DNA of 64,000 nt from a virus. The stretch is from IMG/VR virus record IMGVR_UViG_3300030061_002429, positions 1 through 64,000 of that record, one strand, 5' to 3'. How positions within the stretch are numbered: the stretch's first letter is position 1; every line of letters begins with the position of its first letter. The notes under the pieces are model-generated. The model saw only the letters and a program-made list of their open reading frames with translations. It was not told where the DNA came from and ran no database searches. Below, in pieces: positions 9,481-19,572 of the stretch. Both the position numbers and the translations under genes were made by a program.

Positions 9481-10418
9481 CTCTATTTTACGACAGAAAC
9501 ACAGGTATGCAACGCTTAGGTTCTTCAAATGAAGCACATTTGTACGCACTTAGCCAGCAGGGTAATGAATCGTTAAATTATGCAACGCTTATGGAACAGG
9601 CTACTGCACAATCGGCTATGCAACAAATTGCATCGGAACAAAACCTTGAAGTTCCAAAAGTCAATTTTTATCCTTCACGTCATCCTGACCCGCACAAAGC
9701 ACGACGCAAAGATATTCGACAAGCACGTAAACTACTTTCACCAGCAAAGCGTGCATGGTTCAACCCTATGCGATTCTTGTTTGGGCAAAAATACCGATAC
9801 GACCGTCAAGCCAGTATGTGTGTTGTTGATGGATGCGATTGTGCAAAACTAATTCAACACGACAATTTGTACGCAAAAATTACGGATGAAGAAACAGGTT
9901 ACTCACTATGGCAACTGTATTGGCAAAATCCAGTTACAGGAGAAGCCGAAGCATTTGTTGCAAAAGAAAAAGTCATGAATGGACGTAAAATGAAAGGCAC
10001 ATACTGTCCTGAACATTTGCATTTGTATCATCTTCTCAACAAGTGGGAGTCTGAAGAAGACAAACTACGTGAAGCAAATCCACGTCGTCTACGTGACCGT
10101 GTAAAGAAAGGTGTGTCAATGGTGACTGTACCTGTCGCTACCATGAAGAAAAAAGACCCGCAACCTGCTATGTTGGAAAAGTATGAACCATTCTTTGCTG
10201 AATTGGACAAAGACAGCAAAAAATTCAGTGGTATCAATATACAGTATTATGAAAATCCAATCACAAAAGAAAATGACATTACTACAGTGACTTTTGATTT
10301 GAGAATTTTTAAAGCGGAATTGGAAATGATGAACCAGCCAACTCCTGCTTTTCAAACAATTCTTAACCAACAGATGCAACAAAACACTATTGAAGAAGTA
10401 CAACTTGGGGGAGAGTGA
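9477..10418 (+). CDS. hypothetical protein with putative Zn-binding Cys/His
   Basis: 313 aa, coupled start; CVVDGCDC...YCPEH. Confidence 0.7.
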   Translation: MTLFYDRNTGMQRLGSSNEAHLYALSQQGNESLNYATLMEQATAQSAMQQIASEQNLEVPKVNFYPSRHPDPHKARRKDIRQARKLLSPAKRAWFNPMRFLFGQKYRYDRQASMCVVDGCDCAKLIQHDNLYAKITDEETGYSLWQLYWQNPVTGEAEAFVAKEKVMNGRKMKGTYCPEHLHLYHLLNKWESEEDKLREANPRRLRDRVKKGVSMVTVPVATMKKKDPQPAMLEKYEPFFAELDKDSKKFSGINIQYYENPITKENDITTVTFDLRIFKAELEMMNQPTPAFQTILNQQMQQNTIEEVQLGGE

Positions 10419-11032
10419 GTCTGATGTTGAATCTTAATCAAAACACCAATTCCAACGGTGCACTCAATCTTGGAGTAAACAGTGTTCAACAATCAACACC
10501 AATGCAAAATCCGTGGGCTTCCCAGCAACAACAAAATCCATTTATGCAAGGATTGGTTGGTGAAAATTCACAATTTATGAATCAACCAGTAGCCCCTCCA
10601 TCAGAAATTGAAATTCAAATTATGTTGTTGCGTGGTATTGTTCCTGTAGACCGATTCATAGCAAGTGAATCTATGGCTACAATGGTGCAGATGTTTAACG
10701 ACCTTGTAACATTTAGTGTTCTTGAAGTTTTCAAGAACGCAACATTTGTTGCTGATGATGATGGTAATCTCAAAATGGATGTAACTTCACTTCCTTCACA
10801 TTTACAAACCATGAGTTCAGATAACATTGCATCGAAGTTTACTGCCCTTCAAAGTGCGGCAACTCAAAACGTACAGACGGCTGAACAACAACAAATGCAG
10901 TTGAATCAAATGGCACAGCAATCTATGATGGGTGGTGCGTTAAGTGCCGCATTACAAAATGAAGGCATGATGCAAAAAGTGGGTGGCGGTGTAGGCACAT
11001 TTGCTCGTACACTCTTTACAGGAGGTCGTTAG
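10415..11032 (+). CDS. Gln/Asn-rich hypothetical protein
   Basis: GTG start overlapping the previous stop; Q-rich ends, Gly-rich amphipathic C-terminus. Confidence 0.7.
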   Translation: MSLMLNLNQNTNSNGALNLGVNSVQQSTPMQNPWASQQQQNPFMQGLVGENSQFMNQPVAPPSEIEIQIMLLRGIVPVDRFIASESMATMVQMFNDLVTFSVLEVFKNATFVADDDGNLKMDVTSLPSHLQTMSSDNIASKFTALQSAATQNVQTAEQQQMQLNQMAQQSMMGGALSAALQNEGMMQKVGGGVGTFARTLFTGGR

Positions 11033-11275
11033 ATGCAAGATAAAAGTTACTTACCGTACGGCTTTTCGACTTCATCGTTGAGTGTTATGAATCCACCACG
11101 TAGTGTCATTATTGACATGATAATGGTACAGTTTATCTCAATTATCTTGACAATGATTGCAATTATGTTGTTCAAAGGTAATGAGTTGTCATCTACAACG
11201 TTGTCATACTTTCTCGTTGCTCTCTTCGGAAGCGTCTTGATGGTTACTGGAATCTATTCGAGAATCACTCGATAA
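11033..11275 (+). CDS. small two-TM membrane protein (holin-like topology)
   Basis: GGAGGT RBS; two hydrophobic helices in 80 aa. Confidence 0.7.
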   Translation: MQDKSYLPYGFSTSSLSVMNPPRSVIIDMIMVQFISIILTMIAIMLFKGNELSSTTLSYFLVALFGSVLMVTGIYSRITR

Positions 11276-11512
11276 TGACCATTTACGCAAAGGACACGTT
11301 GAATTTTTTAATTTTAATTTTGTGTTAAGATGGCAACCACAGGCTGTACAACGTGTACCAAAGTGTGGACAAGAACGGCATATGCGAAGTCGATATAGTA
11401 TTGTATCATCATCGGCATAATCCTTTCTTGATATATCTTTCATGGCTTGCTTGATGCTTCTAAACGAATCGGTTGAGATTGGTACTCCAGCGATTCGCTT
11501 GTTCTTCCACAT
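11204..11512 (-). CDS. Cys-rich metal-binding protein (DUF6171-like pattern)
   Basis: RLRICRSCPHF..RCTACGC....K.....CPLRKW; likely start MWKNKR at 11512, divergent from 11573. Confidence 0.65.
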   Translation of the reverse strand: MWKNKRIAGVPISTDSFRSIKQAMKDISRKDYADDDTILYRLRICRSCPHFGTRCTACGCHLNTKLKLKNSTCPLRKWSLSSDSRIDSSNHQDASEESNEKV

Positions 11513-11572
11513 AGTGCAATCCAAAGATACAATCACCATAATTGTTTTCAAAGGGTATGTCTTAAGACAGAC

Positions 11573-12253
11573 ATGGCGGGTGAGCAAGTTGTCAAACGCT
11601 CCTGCGCTTTTTGCATGGACGAAGACCGTGAAGAGTTGGAAGAACAACTGCTTCAAGGTTACATTTCTCCAAAGCAATTGGACAAAGATAAAGGGTGGAG
11701 GCCGAACACATCCGACCGCCATTATCGAAATCACATGGGTGAGTACCATATAGCCGCTAACGCATCTTGTCCTGTGTGTACTTCGCCTCATCGAGCCGAT
11801 TACGAAAGCATTTATTTTGCTGACGGCTCACAAAGTGAAGTCATTGCTCAAGAACTGGGCATCAGTGAAAACTTGGTATATCAACACATGAAACATCACT
11901 TCCAACCATTGGTGCAAAAAACTGCGGCTCTTGAGATAGCATCGTTTGCTGTCGGCAACGAACTTTCTTTATTGCGTAACAATGCTGAACATTTGAATCA
12001 TAAACTAACAGAACTGCTTAACGAAGGCACTGTTCATGAAGATGGATTTGTTCGTGATGCTGTTGCTTTGCATAAAGAAGTAAGAGAAACCGTCAAAGAC
12101 TTGATGCGCTTCCAAGACCAATGGGGTCCACAAGGTGAAACACAGCAAGTCAATCAAACATTCAATATTTTGCAGGTTGAACTGAACAAAGAAAGTCCTG
12201 AAACGTGGGCAAGAATCAAAGCACAATTGCAAGAAAACATGGGGGTTGAATAA
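11573..12253 (+). CDS. tandem Zn-finger/HTH DNA-binding protein, candidate terminase small subunit
   Basis: Two CxxC...HxxxH repeats, the second with IAQELGISENLVYQH HTH, then a helical region; first gene of the operon leading to TerL. TerS role is inference. Confidence 0.5.
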   Translation: MAGEQVVKRSCAFCMDEDREELEEQLLQGYISPKQLDKDKGWRPNTSDRHYRNHMGEYHIAANASCPVCTSPHRADYESIYFADGSQSEVIAQELGISENLVYQHMKHHFQPLVQKTAALEIASFAVGNELSLLRNNAEHLNHKLTELLNEGTVHEDGFVRDAVALHKEVRETVKDLMRFQDQWGPQGETQQVNQTFNILQVELNKESPETWARIKAQLQENMGVE

Positions 12254-14139
12254 TGCCAATGATGGGAAGAGGTTCTGACACCCGAATGTATGCACCACGT
12301 AGTGAATCGGAAACGATGTACTCGTCGGCCAATGAGGATGGCACAAAATACAGTGGCAATACTCCTGAAGAAAAGGAGAAGAAAGAAGAAAACCGCAAGT
12401 TGCGAGCCGAAGAACGCAAGCAACGTCGTGATAAAATCAAGCACATCAAGATTCGCTCATCACAGGGATTGAAGGGTGAAGAGTCACCTGTTCCTGAAGA
12501 CGACAGCAACAAACAAGATGACGAGCGTGAGATTAGCCTACAAGGTGGTCCGGCGGGTAGTCGTGGTAATCTTCTCGACCTTGCAACAGGTGCAAAAACG
12601 GGTACAGGTTCAGCAATGACTGGACCGTTGCCGATTGCAATGAGTGAGCCAATGGATGGTGCTTGGAGTTCGCTACTCAAGGCTGTGCTTGGTGACCAAA
12701 GAGGTGTTGTGTATAACCCTCGTTTCAGAACAAGTGAATCGCCAAATCAAGCAGATGTACGTGAAGGTCAAGCATTTGGAATGGTTGGTTCACGACGTGG
12801 GGCTGGTGAACCAGCAGAACGTCGTAGAAAACAATTGGTTATGGGTCAAAAAAGATTGGACGCAGGTATTGATAAAAGACTGATGTACAGCGACCCTGAT
12901 TATTACGATTACTTGGTGGCACGTACTCAACTTCCTCCTTCAAAGCAACAAGAACTACCTTACCCTGCTGTAGAAAGAAGAAACATTGAACGGTTAGGCG
13001 GAGGACAAATGCAGGGTGGGCGACGTGGCTCGATTGCTCAACGTGCAGGGTTTGATGCAAGTCCAGCACAACTACACAATTTACAACGTCTTTCTACAAC
13101 AATGATACCTCAAAAATTTATGATGAGAGATGACGCAATTGATTATTCGGGCTTAACCCCATCACCAGTACCAAACATGGTGTATACTCCTGATGGTACA
13201 CTTATTCCTGACCCTCGTCTTGAACAAAAATCCAGTGATTTTGTTTTGGTGTCTAATATTCTCAAGCGTGAAACACCTAAGAGTATCGAATCACGTCGTC
13301 GTCGTGAAAAGCGACAACAGTTCCGACCATCAACAGGTCAATTTAAGCGACCACCCGGTGGTATGAATCCTGTTGGTGCAACCATGCGTCGATTCCGAGC
13401 ACGTATGCGTGGTATCAAAGGTGGTAAGAAAACAGGTTTGATGAAGCCACACTTGTCTGTTGAGATGAGTCACCGTGGTATTGCAACAAAGCAACCAATG
13501 TCCAAAGACCCACAGAAGTATCGACAATACATGGGTCAATCCGAGGCTCGTAAAATACTTGGTAATGTACGCTCAACATTTTCACCACACGCTCGATACG
13601 GTGAACGTTCCGTTACAGCAGGTCCAACAGGTGCAGGTCGTCTTGGTGGATTGATGCCCGGACAATCAGGACAAATGCGACAACCTTCGCTCAAACAAAT
13701 CGGTGTACGTCGTCCACGACTACGACGACCTCGTAATCCAGTTATGGCTACCGCACCACCAATGGGTGTACCAAGTCCACCAATGCAAGCACCATCAAGT
13801 ATCTCATCGCTACCCCAAGCATCGACTCCAATGATGATGAGTGAGGAGCGTGCAGAAAGTGATTTGCTCAAAGGTCGTGTAAATTCGTTAAAGTATCATA
13901 AAATCAATCTTCTTCGTCGTTTAATAGCAGCACAAGAACGTGCTGAAAAACTTGGTAAATCAATGCAAGGTACACGTTCAGCAATGGAAAACGGCCATGT
14001 CCCAAGCCACCCTGCGGGTGTACGTGCAAAAGACGAAGAAGACCCTGAAGGTCCAACCGAAAATTTGGAAACAGATGCAAAGCGATTTGGACTTGACCCT
14101 GCTGGATATTTGACCTCAAAGCGGGGGCATATGGGATGA
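12253..14139 (+). CDS. basic low-complexity protein with internal tag
   Basis: 628 aa; EPMDGAWSSLLK at 12646-12681, also NILK/RE and DLLK/GR; Arg-rich segments. Confidence 0.7.
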   Translation: MPMMGRGSDTRMYAPRSESETMYSSANEDGTKYSGNTPEEKEKKEENRKLRAEERKQRRDKIKHIKIRSSQGLKGEESPVPEDDSNKQDDEREISLQGGPAGSRGNLLDLATGAKTGTGSAMTGPLPIAMSEPMDGAWSSLLKAVLGDQRGVVYNPRFRTSESPNQADVREGQAFGMVGSRRGAGEPAERRRKQLVMGQKRLDAGIDKRLMYSDPDYYDYLVARTQLPPSKQQELPYPAVERRNIERLGGGQMQGGRRGSIAQRAGFDASPAQLHNLQRLSTTMIPQKFMMRDDAIDYSGLTPSPVPNMVYTPDGTLIPDPRLEQKSSDFVLVSNILKRETPKSIESRRRREKRQQFRPSTGQFKRPPGGMNPVGATMRRFRARMRGIKGGKKTGLMKPHLSVEMSHRGIATKQPMSKDPQKYRQYMGQSEARKILGNVRSTFSPHARYGERSVTAGPTGAGRLGGLMPGQSGQMRQPSLKQIGVRRPRLRRPRNPVMATAPPMGVPSPPMQAPSSISSLPQASTPMMMSEERAESDLLKGRVNSLKYHKINLLRRLIAAQERAEKLGKSMQGTRSAMENGHVPSHPAGVRAKDEEDPEGPTENLETDAKRFGLDPAGYLTSKRGHMG

Positions 14140-16304
14140 TTCGTATTCAACCTTCACGTTTGCTCAAAGCGTGGAGTATGATACTTCACCCACCCGAAGG
14201 ACCAGTTAATGTACGCAATCCACCTGCCCCAACATTTCGTCCACCGCATGAACCTGATATTCCCGCTTTTGCACACAACGGTCGTGGAGATGTTATTGAA
14301 GGTGAGTGGGATTCAAGTTCGGGTCCGTTAGCGTATAAGACACAACACGGTAATTTTTATCACGGAATTGACGCTTTAGCGATGCAACTTGCTGATTTTT
14401 TGAATAAAACAGGAAGAGGCGACATAGACCCTGTTGCAGTAATTAACAAGGCTATTGATAATTTTAATAATTCTCACACGCATGGGCATCATCACGAACT
14501 ACCCCCGTTTGATAATTTAGCATGGCGAAAAATACGAGCAAATCAACTACCTGCTGGTACAACATCAAAAGATGAGGAAGGAAAAGAAATTACTGACCGT
14601 CAAAGTCGCACACACAACAATACGCTGATTACAACACTTACCAACAAAAATCCAGACCAAACACCACATGGTCGATTTATCGAATCATATTATATCCCGT
14701 TTAATCAAAATCTATTTCATTTGCTTCAAAACATGGGATATGAAGACCGCCAAATCAAAGGTGCGCTTAAATCAGGTGTGACATATCCCTATGTCTATGC
14801 AAAACATACTGCACCGCAGGGTTGGGCGTATTCAAGCAAAGGAGAGCACCCTGATACGTACACCAGTGAAATGATGGGGAATGCACCTGATGATTACTTT
14901 CCTGAACAACAAAGTGTACATACATGGGAAACAGTGCATCACTTACCTGACATTTTCTTTTATCCATCAAAAAAGAATGAACATAAAGATATTATGAGTG
15001 GGGGTGAAGCACCGACCAAACTTATAGCGGCGGCTCACGCTATGATTGACCAAGCATTAGAGCAGGGTGGTATGGAATCCATTCCTGATGTACCAGTTAC
15101 ACTCAACACAGGCACACTTGGCGCACCAAATATGATACAGCGAGGACTCCGTGAAATTCTTGGTAACAATGACCTCAAAGAAGCACTTGTCAAAGACATG
15201 GCACATGTACCCGCTATGATGTATTTGTTTGGACGCAGTTTTCAAGGTAGTTTCAAAAAATTGTATAACTACATGATGGAAAAATATGGTGCGCCTGAAG
15301 ATTTACTTTCAGCCGAAGAACATGGCAAGTACTTCAGGGCAGGGGAAAAAGGCGGTCAAGGTTTGCACAAAAATGCAAAGCGTGTTATGTCGGTTGCTCG
15401 TTCTTCGGGTCAAGGAGAAAATGAAAATCGCAGTAAGTTCGGTGAACATCAAATTACATCCGATGAACTTGAAGTCATGGGGCTACCTTACAGCGAACAG
15501 CGACTTGGACAAGTAGACCGATTCCGTAATGTTATCGAAGCATTAGCCAATCACCAAGCCGAATCACGAGGACATACTGTGCAAATGGGTATTGGTGAAA
15601 TTCCAACAGACCCAATGCGAATGCAAAACATACACGGTTATCCTGTTCGTGACCCTGAAACTGGTGAGTTTCCTGCACCAATATTGGATGAACATATGGA
15701 AGCGTATTTTCACACTATTGATGATTTTGCGCCAAACAAAGATGAAATGTCCCAGCCGGAAGGTGTACCTCCCGTTGAACAGGCAAGAACACCTCCGCCT
15801 GTTCCAGCACCACAGCAAATTCGTCCTGATGTTCAACCGGCTGGGACACCTACTCCTGAATTTCAGCAACTACGACCCGGTATTGCTGACTTCACACCAG
15901 CGCAATTCCGTGAAATGTTGCAAATTGCAGGGGCAACTCGACCGCAACCAATTAGCGATGCCCCTTTGACCGAATTAGAGGCAAGGTCACAGCAAGCCTT
16001 ATCAGACCCACGCCAACGTCTGCTGACTGATTATATGAAGGCCGAGGACATGCATCTTCCACTTATGGACAGACTGATGAAGGCTCTTGAGCGTATGCAA
16101 TACAAAGAAGCAAGCCTTGATGGTGACGTTTCTACCCACATTACTCCATCTCTACAATCACCGTTAAATCTTGCAAAATACACAGGATTGACCAGTAGTG
16201 AAGTTACAGCGATACAACATACAATGGGCGACTGGCATAACATTGCCAAGTCGTACAATGTCAAGCCTCAAGTTGTAAAAATAATAAAGATGAATTTAAG
16301 GTGA
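14136..16304 (+). CDS. hypothetical protein (722 aa)
   Basis: Coupled start; RLLK/AW near the N-terminus; DPRQRLLTDYMK/A near the C-terminus. Confidence 0.75.
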   Translation: MIRIQPSRLLKAWSMILHPPEGPVNVRNPPAPTFRPPHEPDIPAFAHNGRGDVIEGEWDSSSGPLAYKTQHGNFYHGIDALAMQLADFLNKTGRGDIDPVAVINKAIDNFNNSHTHGHHHELPPFDNLAWRKIRANQLPAGTTSKDEEGKEITDRQSRTHNNTLITTLTNKNPDQTPHGRFIESYYIPFNQNLFHLLQNMGYEDRQIKGALKSGVTYPYVYAKHTAPQGWAYSSKGEHPDTYTSEMMGNAPDDYFPEQQSVHTWETVHHLPDIFFYPSKKNEHKDIMSGGEAPTKLIAAAHAMIDQALEQGGMESIPDVPVTLNTGTLGAPNMIQRGLREILGNNDLKEALVKDMAHVPAMMYLFGRSFQGSFKKLYNYMMEKYGAPEDLLSAEEHGKYFRAGEKGGQGLHKNAKRVMSVARSSGQGENENRSKFGEHQITSDELEVMGLPYSEQRLGQVDRFRNVIEALANHQAESRGHTVQMGIGEIPTDPMRMQNIHGYPVRDPETGEFPAPILDEHMEAYFHTIDDFAPNKDEMSQPEGVPPVEQARTPPPVPAPQQIRPDVQPAGTPTPEFQQLRPGIADFTPAQFREMLQIAGATRPQPISDAPLTELEARSQQALSDPRQRLLTDYMKAEDMHLPLMDRLMKALERMQYKEASLDGDVSTHITPSLQSPLNLAKYTGLTSSEVTAIQHTMGDWHNIAKSYNVKPQVVKIIKMNLR

Positions 16305-16308
16305 AAGT

Positions 16309-17595
16309 ATGTCGAATAGACCGATTTTAGTTCTAAAACAGATTGCACCACCTGCACAACAGTTTCAATCAATAGGTGCTGACAGAACGCCTTCATTTAT
16401 GGATTTAGGTCGAACTGCATTTGCTCCACGAGGACGAGTAAAAACACTCCCAAGAATAGCGGCACTGTTAGGTTTAGGTGGTAAAGTTGCGGCAGGTGGG
16501 GCTACTGCTTTACAAACGGCTCACCAATTACAAAGTGGTAATCTTGCCGCACCGTTGGGAGCACAATATACGTACGAAGGATATGACCCTTCAAGAGCAG
16601 TAAGTCGTGTTGTAAATCCAGTAGTTGATGAAAGAAAACAAGGTAGAGAAGCGGCTCAACAAGAATCTGAACGTCTTCTTGCACAACGGAATCAACGAGA
16701 AACAGCCCAACGTCGTGCTTTAGAACCGCATCAAATTACTACATCAACTGCTCCAACAAGTGTACCACTTCCTACTGATACTGGAACATATAGAGGAAAT
16801 CCATTGGCTCCAGCAACGGCTCCAATGGCTCCAATGGCTCCAGCAACAGGTGCACCTGCACCAACCGCACCACATGTACGAACAGGTATAGAAATGAGTG
16901 GTAATCAGCCACAACAAACTGGACCAATGATGCCTACACAAGCACCACCAGCAGGTGTAAACCAATCTCTTGTGGGACAAACGGCTCTTGAATACGCAGG
17001 TGCAACAAACCAACCTATGCAAACGCCCGGTGGACCTGCTGTACCGCAACAAACATCCAGTGTACAAACACGACTCCCTCTTGGTGGTCCACTTAATGCA
17101 CGAGGACCTGACATGAGTTCGGCGGCACAACAAAGAGGTCCACCACCATCACCAATGGACCAAGCAATGGCTCCTCAACAATCAATGGTGGGTGTTTTAC
17201 CACCGATGAATCAATCACCATCGGCGCACAGCACTGCAAATCCACTAAGTCAATCCGACATCAATTATGCAAATGAGGTCTTGGGGCGGTATCACAATAA
17301 GTTACCTCAACATCAACAAGCATCTATGAACACTTATGGAAGTAGTGCTGTATCTCCACATCAAGCACAAGGACATTGGGGTGTGCAATGGGGTCAACAA
17401 GAACCACATATAGGTTCATCGGTTAATTGGAATCAATGGAATACTGATATGCCTGAATGGTTTGATACGCAACAAAAGATGCTCAAAGCGTTCATCTCTT
17501 ACCTCTACGACAACATGGGTTCATATTTGTACAAAATGACACCTCACGAAGCGGGTGCTTTTGCAGTTGATGTATTTTTCAAAATGCGAGAGTGA
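16309..17595 (+). CDS. Pro/Gln-rich hypothetical protein
   Basis: AGGTGA RBS; MSNRPILVLKQ start shared with the 2052 ORF; mostly low complexity. Confidence 0.7.
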   Translation: MSNRPILVLKQIAPPAQQFQSIGADRTPSFMDLGRTAFAPRGRVKTLPRIAALLGLGGKVAAGGATALQTAHQLQSGNLAAPLGAQYTYEGYDPSRAVSRVVNPVVDERKQGREAAQQESERLLAQRNQRETAQRRALEPHQITTSTAPTSVPLPTDTGTYRGNPLAPATAPMAPMAPATGAPAPTAPHVRTGIEMSGNQPQQTGPMMPTQAPPAGVNQSLVGQTALEYAGATNQPMQTPGGPAVPQQTSSVQTRLPLGGPLNARGPDMSSAAQQRGPPPSPMDQAMAPQQSMVGVLPPMNQSPSAHSTANPLSQSDINYANEVLGRYHNKLPQHQQASMNTYGSSAVSPHQAQGHWGVQWGQQEPHIGSSVNWNQWNTDMPEWFDTQQKMLKAFISYLYDNMGSYLYKMTPHEAGAFAVDVFFKMRE

Positions 17596-17599
17596 GTGA

Positions 17600-19081
17600 A
17601 TGAGCGAAGACATTCAAGCCTTCATTAACGAAATGGATGCGAAGATGTCGGCAAAGTCGTTTCAATATTTTTTTGAAAACATACTTGGGTTTGATTACTC
17701 GTATCACCATGAATGTTGGGACAAAGGATTGGAAGAAAACCGATACTACTGTGTCAAAGCGAGTCGTGACCACGGCAAGTCTGTTTTCTTTATGTCGTAC
17801 GCTCTATGGATAGCGGCATTCCGACCCGGAACACACGTCATGATTTTTTCACACTCACTTGAACAGACGCTTGAACACATGCGATTTATTCGCAACAACA
17901 TTGAATCAACACCTATTCTACGTGAATTGATACCACAAGGACGACCGTGGAGAAAGACATACTTTGAGTTTGCAAATGGAAGTCGTATGATGGCAAAGTC
18001 GGTCGGTGGAGGTACTCGTGGTTTCCACCCTGATGTGGTTGTATGCGACGATATTCTATGGGGTACAACGGGTACTGAACTACAGCGTGCGGCTGATTGG
18101 TTTTACGGTGTCTTACTTCCTGTACTGCACCACAGTGGACGCATGATGATTGTCGGTACACCGTTTTCATACAACGACTTGTACGCTGAACTGGAAGAGA
18201 GAGATGCTTTCACCGTTGAAACATATCCCGCTATCAACAACGAAGGCGAAGCACTGTGGCCTGAACGATGGAATCTTGAAGCACTTGAACACAGAAGACT
18301 CTCTATGCCAGCAATTCAGTTTTCTCGTGAGTATCTTTGTGAACCGATTCATGATGTAGCGAGTATGTTTCCAAACGACATATTGGAAAAGGCTCGTGAC
18401 AAAGACTTGGTATTGCTTGACAGGGCTGAAACTGATTACGACGAAGAAGGTGAACCTGTAGGAGTCTTTGGACAACACTTCATTGGATGGGACACAGCAA
18501 TTGCGTCGGATAAGAACGCTGACTTTACTGCAATGATGGTTCTTCGTACACCGCCAAATGATAATGTAAAACAAATTGTAGGTATTGTTCATGAAAAAGG
18601 ATTGGGTGGTGCAGCGCAAAAGAAACACATTCTATTGCTTAACAATCGTTTCAAGCCCGATTTGATTGAACTTGAAGGTAACAACTTCCAGCGTATGTTT
18701 GCGGCTGAACTCAAAGATATGCGTGAAGATATACCTATCAAGACGTTTATGACAACTCGACAACGCAAAGAAAGCATGTTCATGTCATTGTTGATGGCAT
18801 TTGAGCAAGGACAGATTCGTACACCGTATGGTGATGAACGCAGTCGTACTTTCACACATAAACTTGAACAAGAACTCAACCGCTTTGGTATGCAAAAGAA
18901 CGGTAAGTTGGAATCTGTTGGTACACACGATGACTTGGCAATGGCATTAGCATTAGCCAATTGGGGTACGAAAGAGTTCCGTGGCACAGTCGTATTACTT
19001 GATGATTGGATGCCCGGATTTGGCGATTGGCTTGACAATACCGTAGGTGGAAAAAACACAGGAGGGTGGATGATACCATGA
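17600..19081 (+). CDS. terL: terminase large subunit
   Basis: Walker A ASRDHGKS, Walker B VVVCDD, GTP coupling motif, LWPERW, FSREYLCEP, RNase H-like IGWD...HDDLAMALALA. Confidence 0.95.
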   Translation: MSEDIQAFINEMDAKMSAKSFQYFFENILGFDYSYHHECWDKGLEENRYYCVKASRDHGKSVFFMSYALWIAAFRPGTHVMIFSHSLEQTLEHMRFIRNNIESTPILRELIPQGRPWRKTYFEFANGSRMMAKSVGGGTRGFHPDVVVCDDILWGTTGTELQRAADWFYGVLLPVLHHSGRMMIVGTPFSYNDLYAELEERDAFTVETYPAINNEGEALWPERWNLEALEHRRLSMPAIQFSREYLCEPIHDVASMFPNDILEKARDKDLVLLDRAETDYDEEGEPVGVFGQHFIGWDTAIASDKNADFTAMMVLRTPPNDNVKQIVGIVHEKGLGGAAQKKHILLLNNRFKPDLIELEGNNFQRMFAAELKDMREDIPIKTFMTTRQRKESMFMSLLMAFEQGQIRTPYGDERSRTFTHKLEQELNRFGMQKNGKLESVGTHDDLAMALALANWGTKEFRGTVVLLDDWMPGFGDWLDNTVGGKNTGGWMIP

Positions 19082-19239
19082 AAATAGGAAATCATAATTT
19101 CATGTTTTGTGGTATTTGTATGCTTAAAGGGAAAAGACCGTTTGGGTTTTGTGAATTGTGTTGGATTGCACATGGAAAACCAAAAGGTATGAATGGCGAG
19201 GAATGGCAACAGGTGGGTGGTGAATTACATGAATTGTGA
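19078..19239 (+). CDS. 53-aa zinc-finger protein
   Basis: Not in the ORF track; ATGA overlap with the terL stop; CGIC...CELC. Confidence 0.55.
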   Translation: MKIGNHNFMFCGICMLKGKRPFGFCELCWIAHGKPKGMNGEEWQQVGGELHEL

Positions 19240-19414
19240 TTGTGAACATTGTATTGGAATGACATCGGCATGGGACATGCTTGAAAAGAAACTATGTCCC
19301 GAAGGTAAAGCGGCGGCAAAACGTAAATTCAAAGTTTATCCATCAGCATACGCTAATGGATGGGCTGTGCAGTATTGCCGTGGCAAGTTCCGTAAGAAGG
19401 GGAAGAAGAAATGA
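19229..19414 (+). CDS. small basic tagged protein (DUF5872-like pattern)
   Basis: GGTGGTGA RBS; MNCDCEHC..SAWDMLEK then AKRKFKVYPSAYANGWAVQYC. Confidence 0.65.
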   Translation: MNCDCEHCIGMTSAWDMLEKKLCPEGKAAAKRKFKVYPSAYANGWAVQYCRGKFRKKGKKK

Positions 19415-19572
19415 AACTCAAAAAGCCCTCATGTTGCTGTGGCGGTACTAAAGATACGCCCTGCGTTTGCATGATTGAAGGTAGGCAGTGTTCAGCAAAA
19501 GCACCAAAATGTCCTTGTTACCGCTTAATGGACAAGCAAAAAAATATTAAAAAAATGGTAAGGGTAGTATGA
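19411..19572 (+). CDS. 53-aa Cys-rich protein
   Basis: Not in the ORF track; ATGA-coupled on both sides; 8 Cys (SCCCGG..PCVC..QC..KCPC). Confidence 0.6.
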   Translation: MKLKKPSCCCGGTKDTPCVCMIEGRQCSAKAPKCPCYRLMDKQKNIKKMVRVV

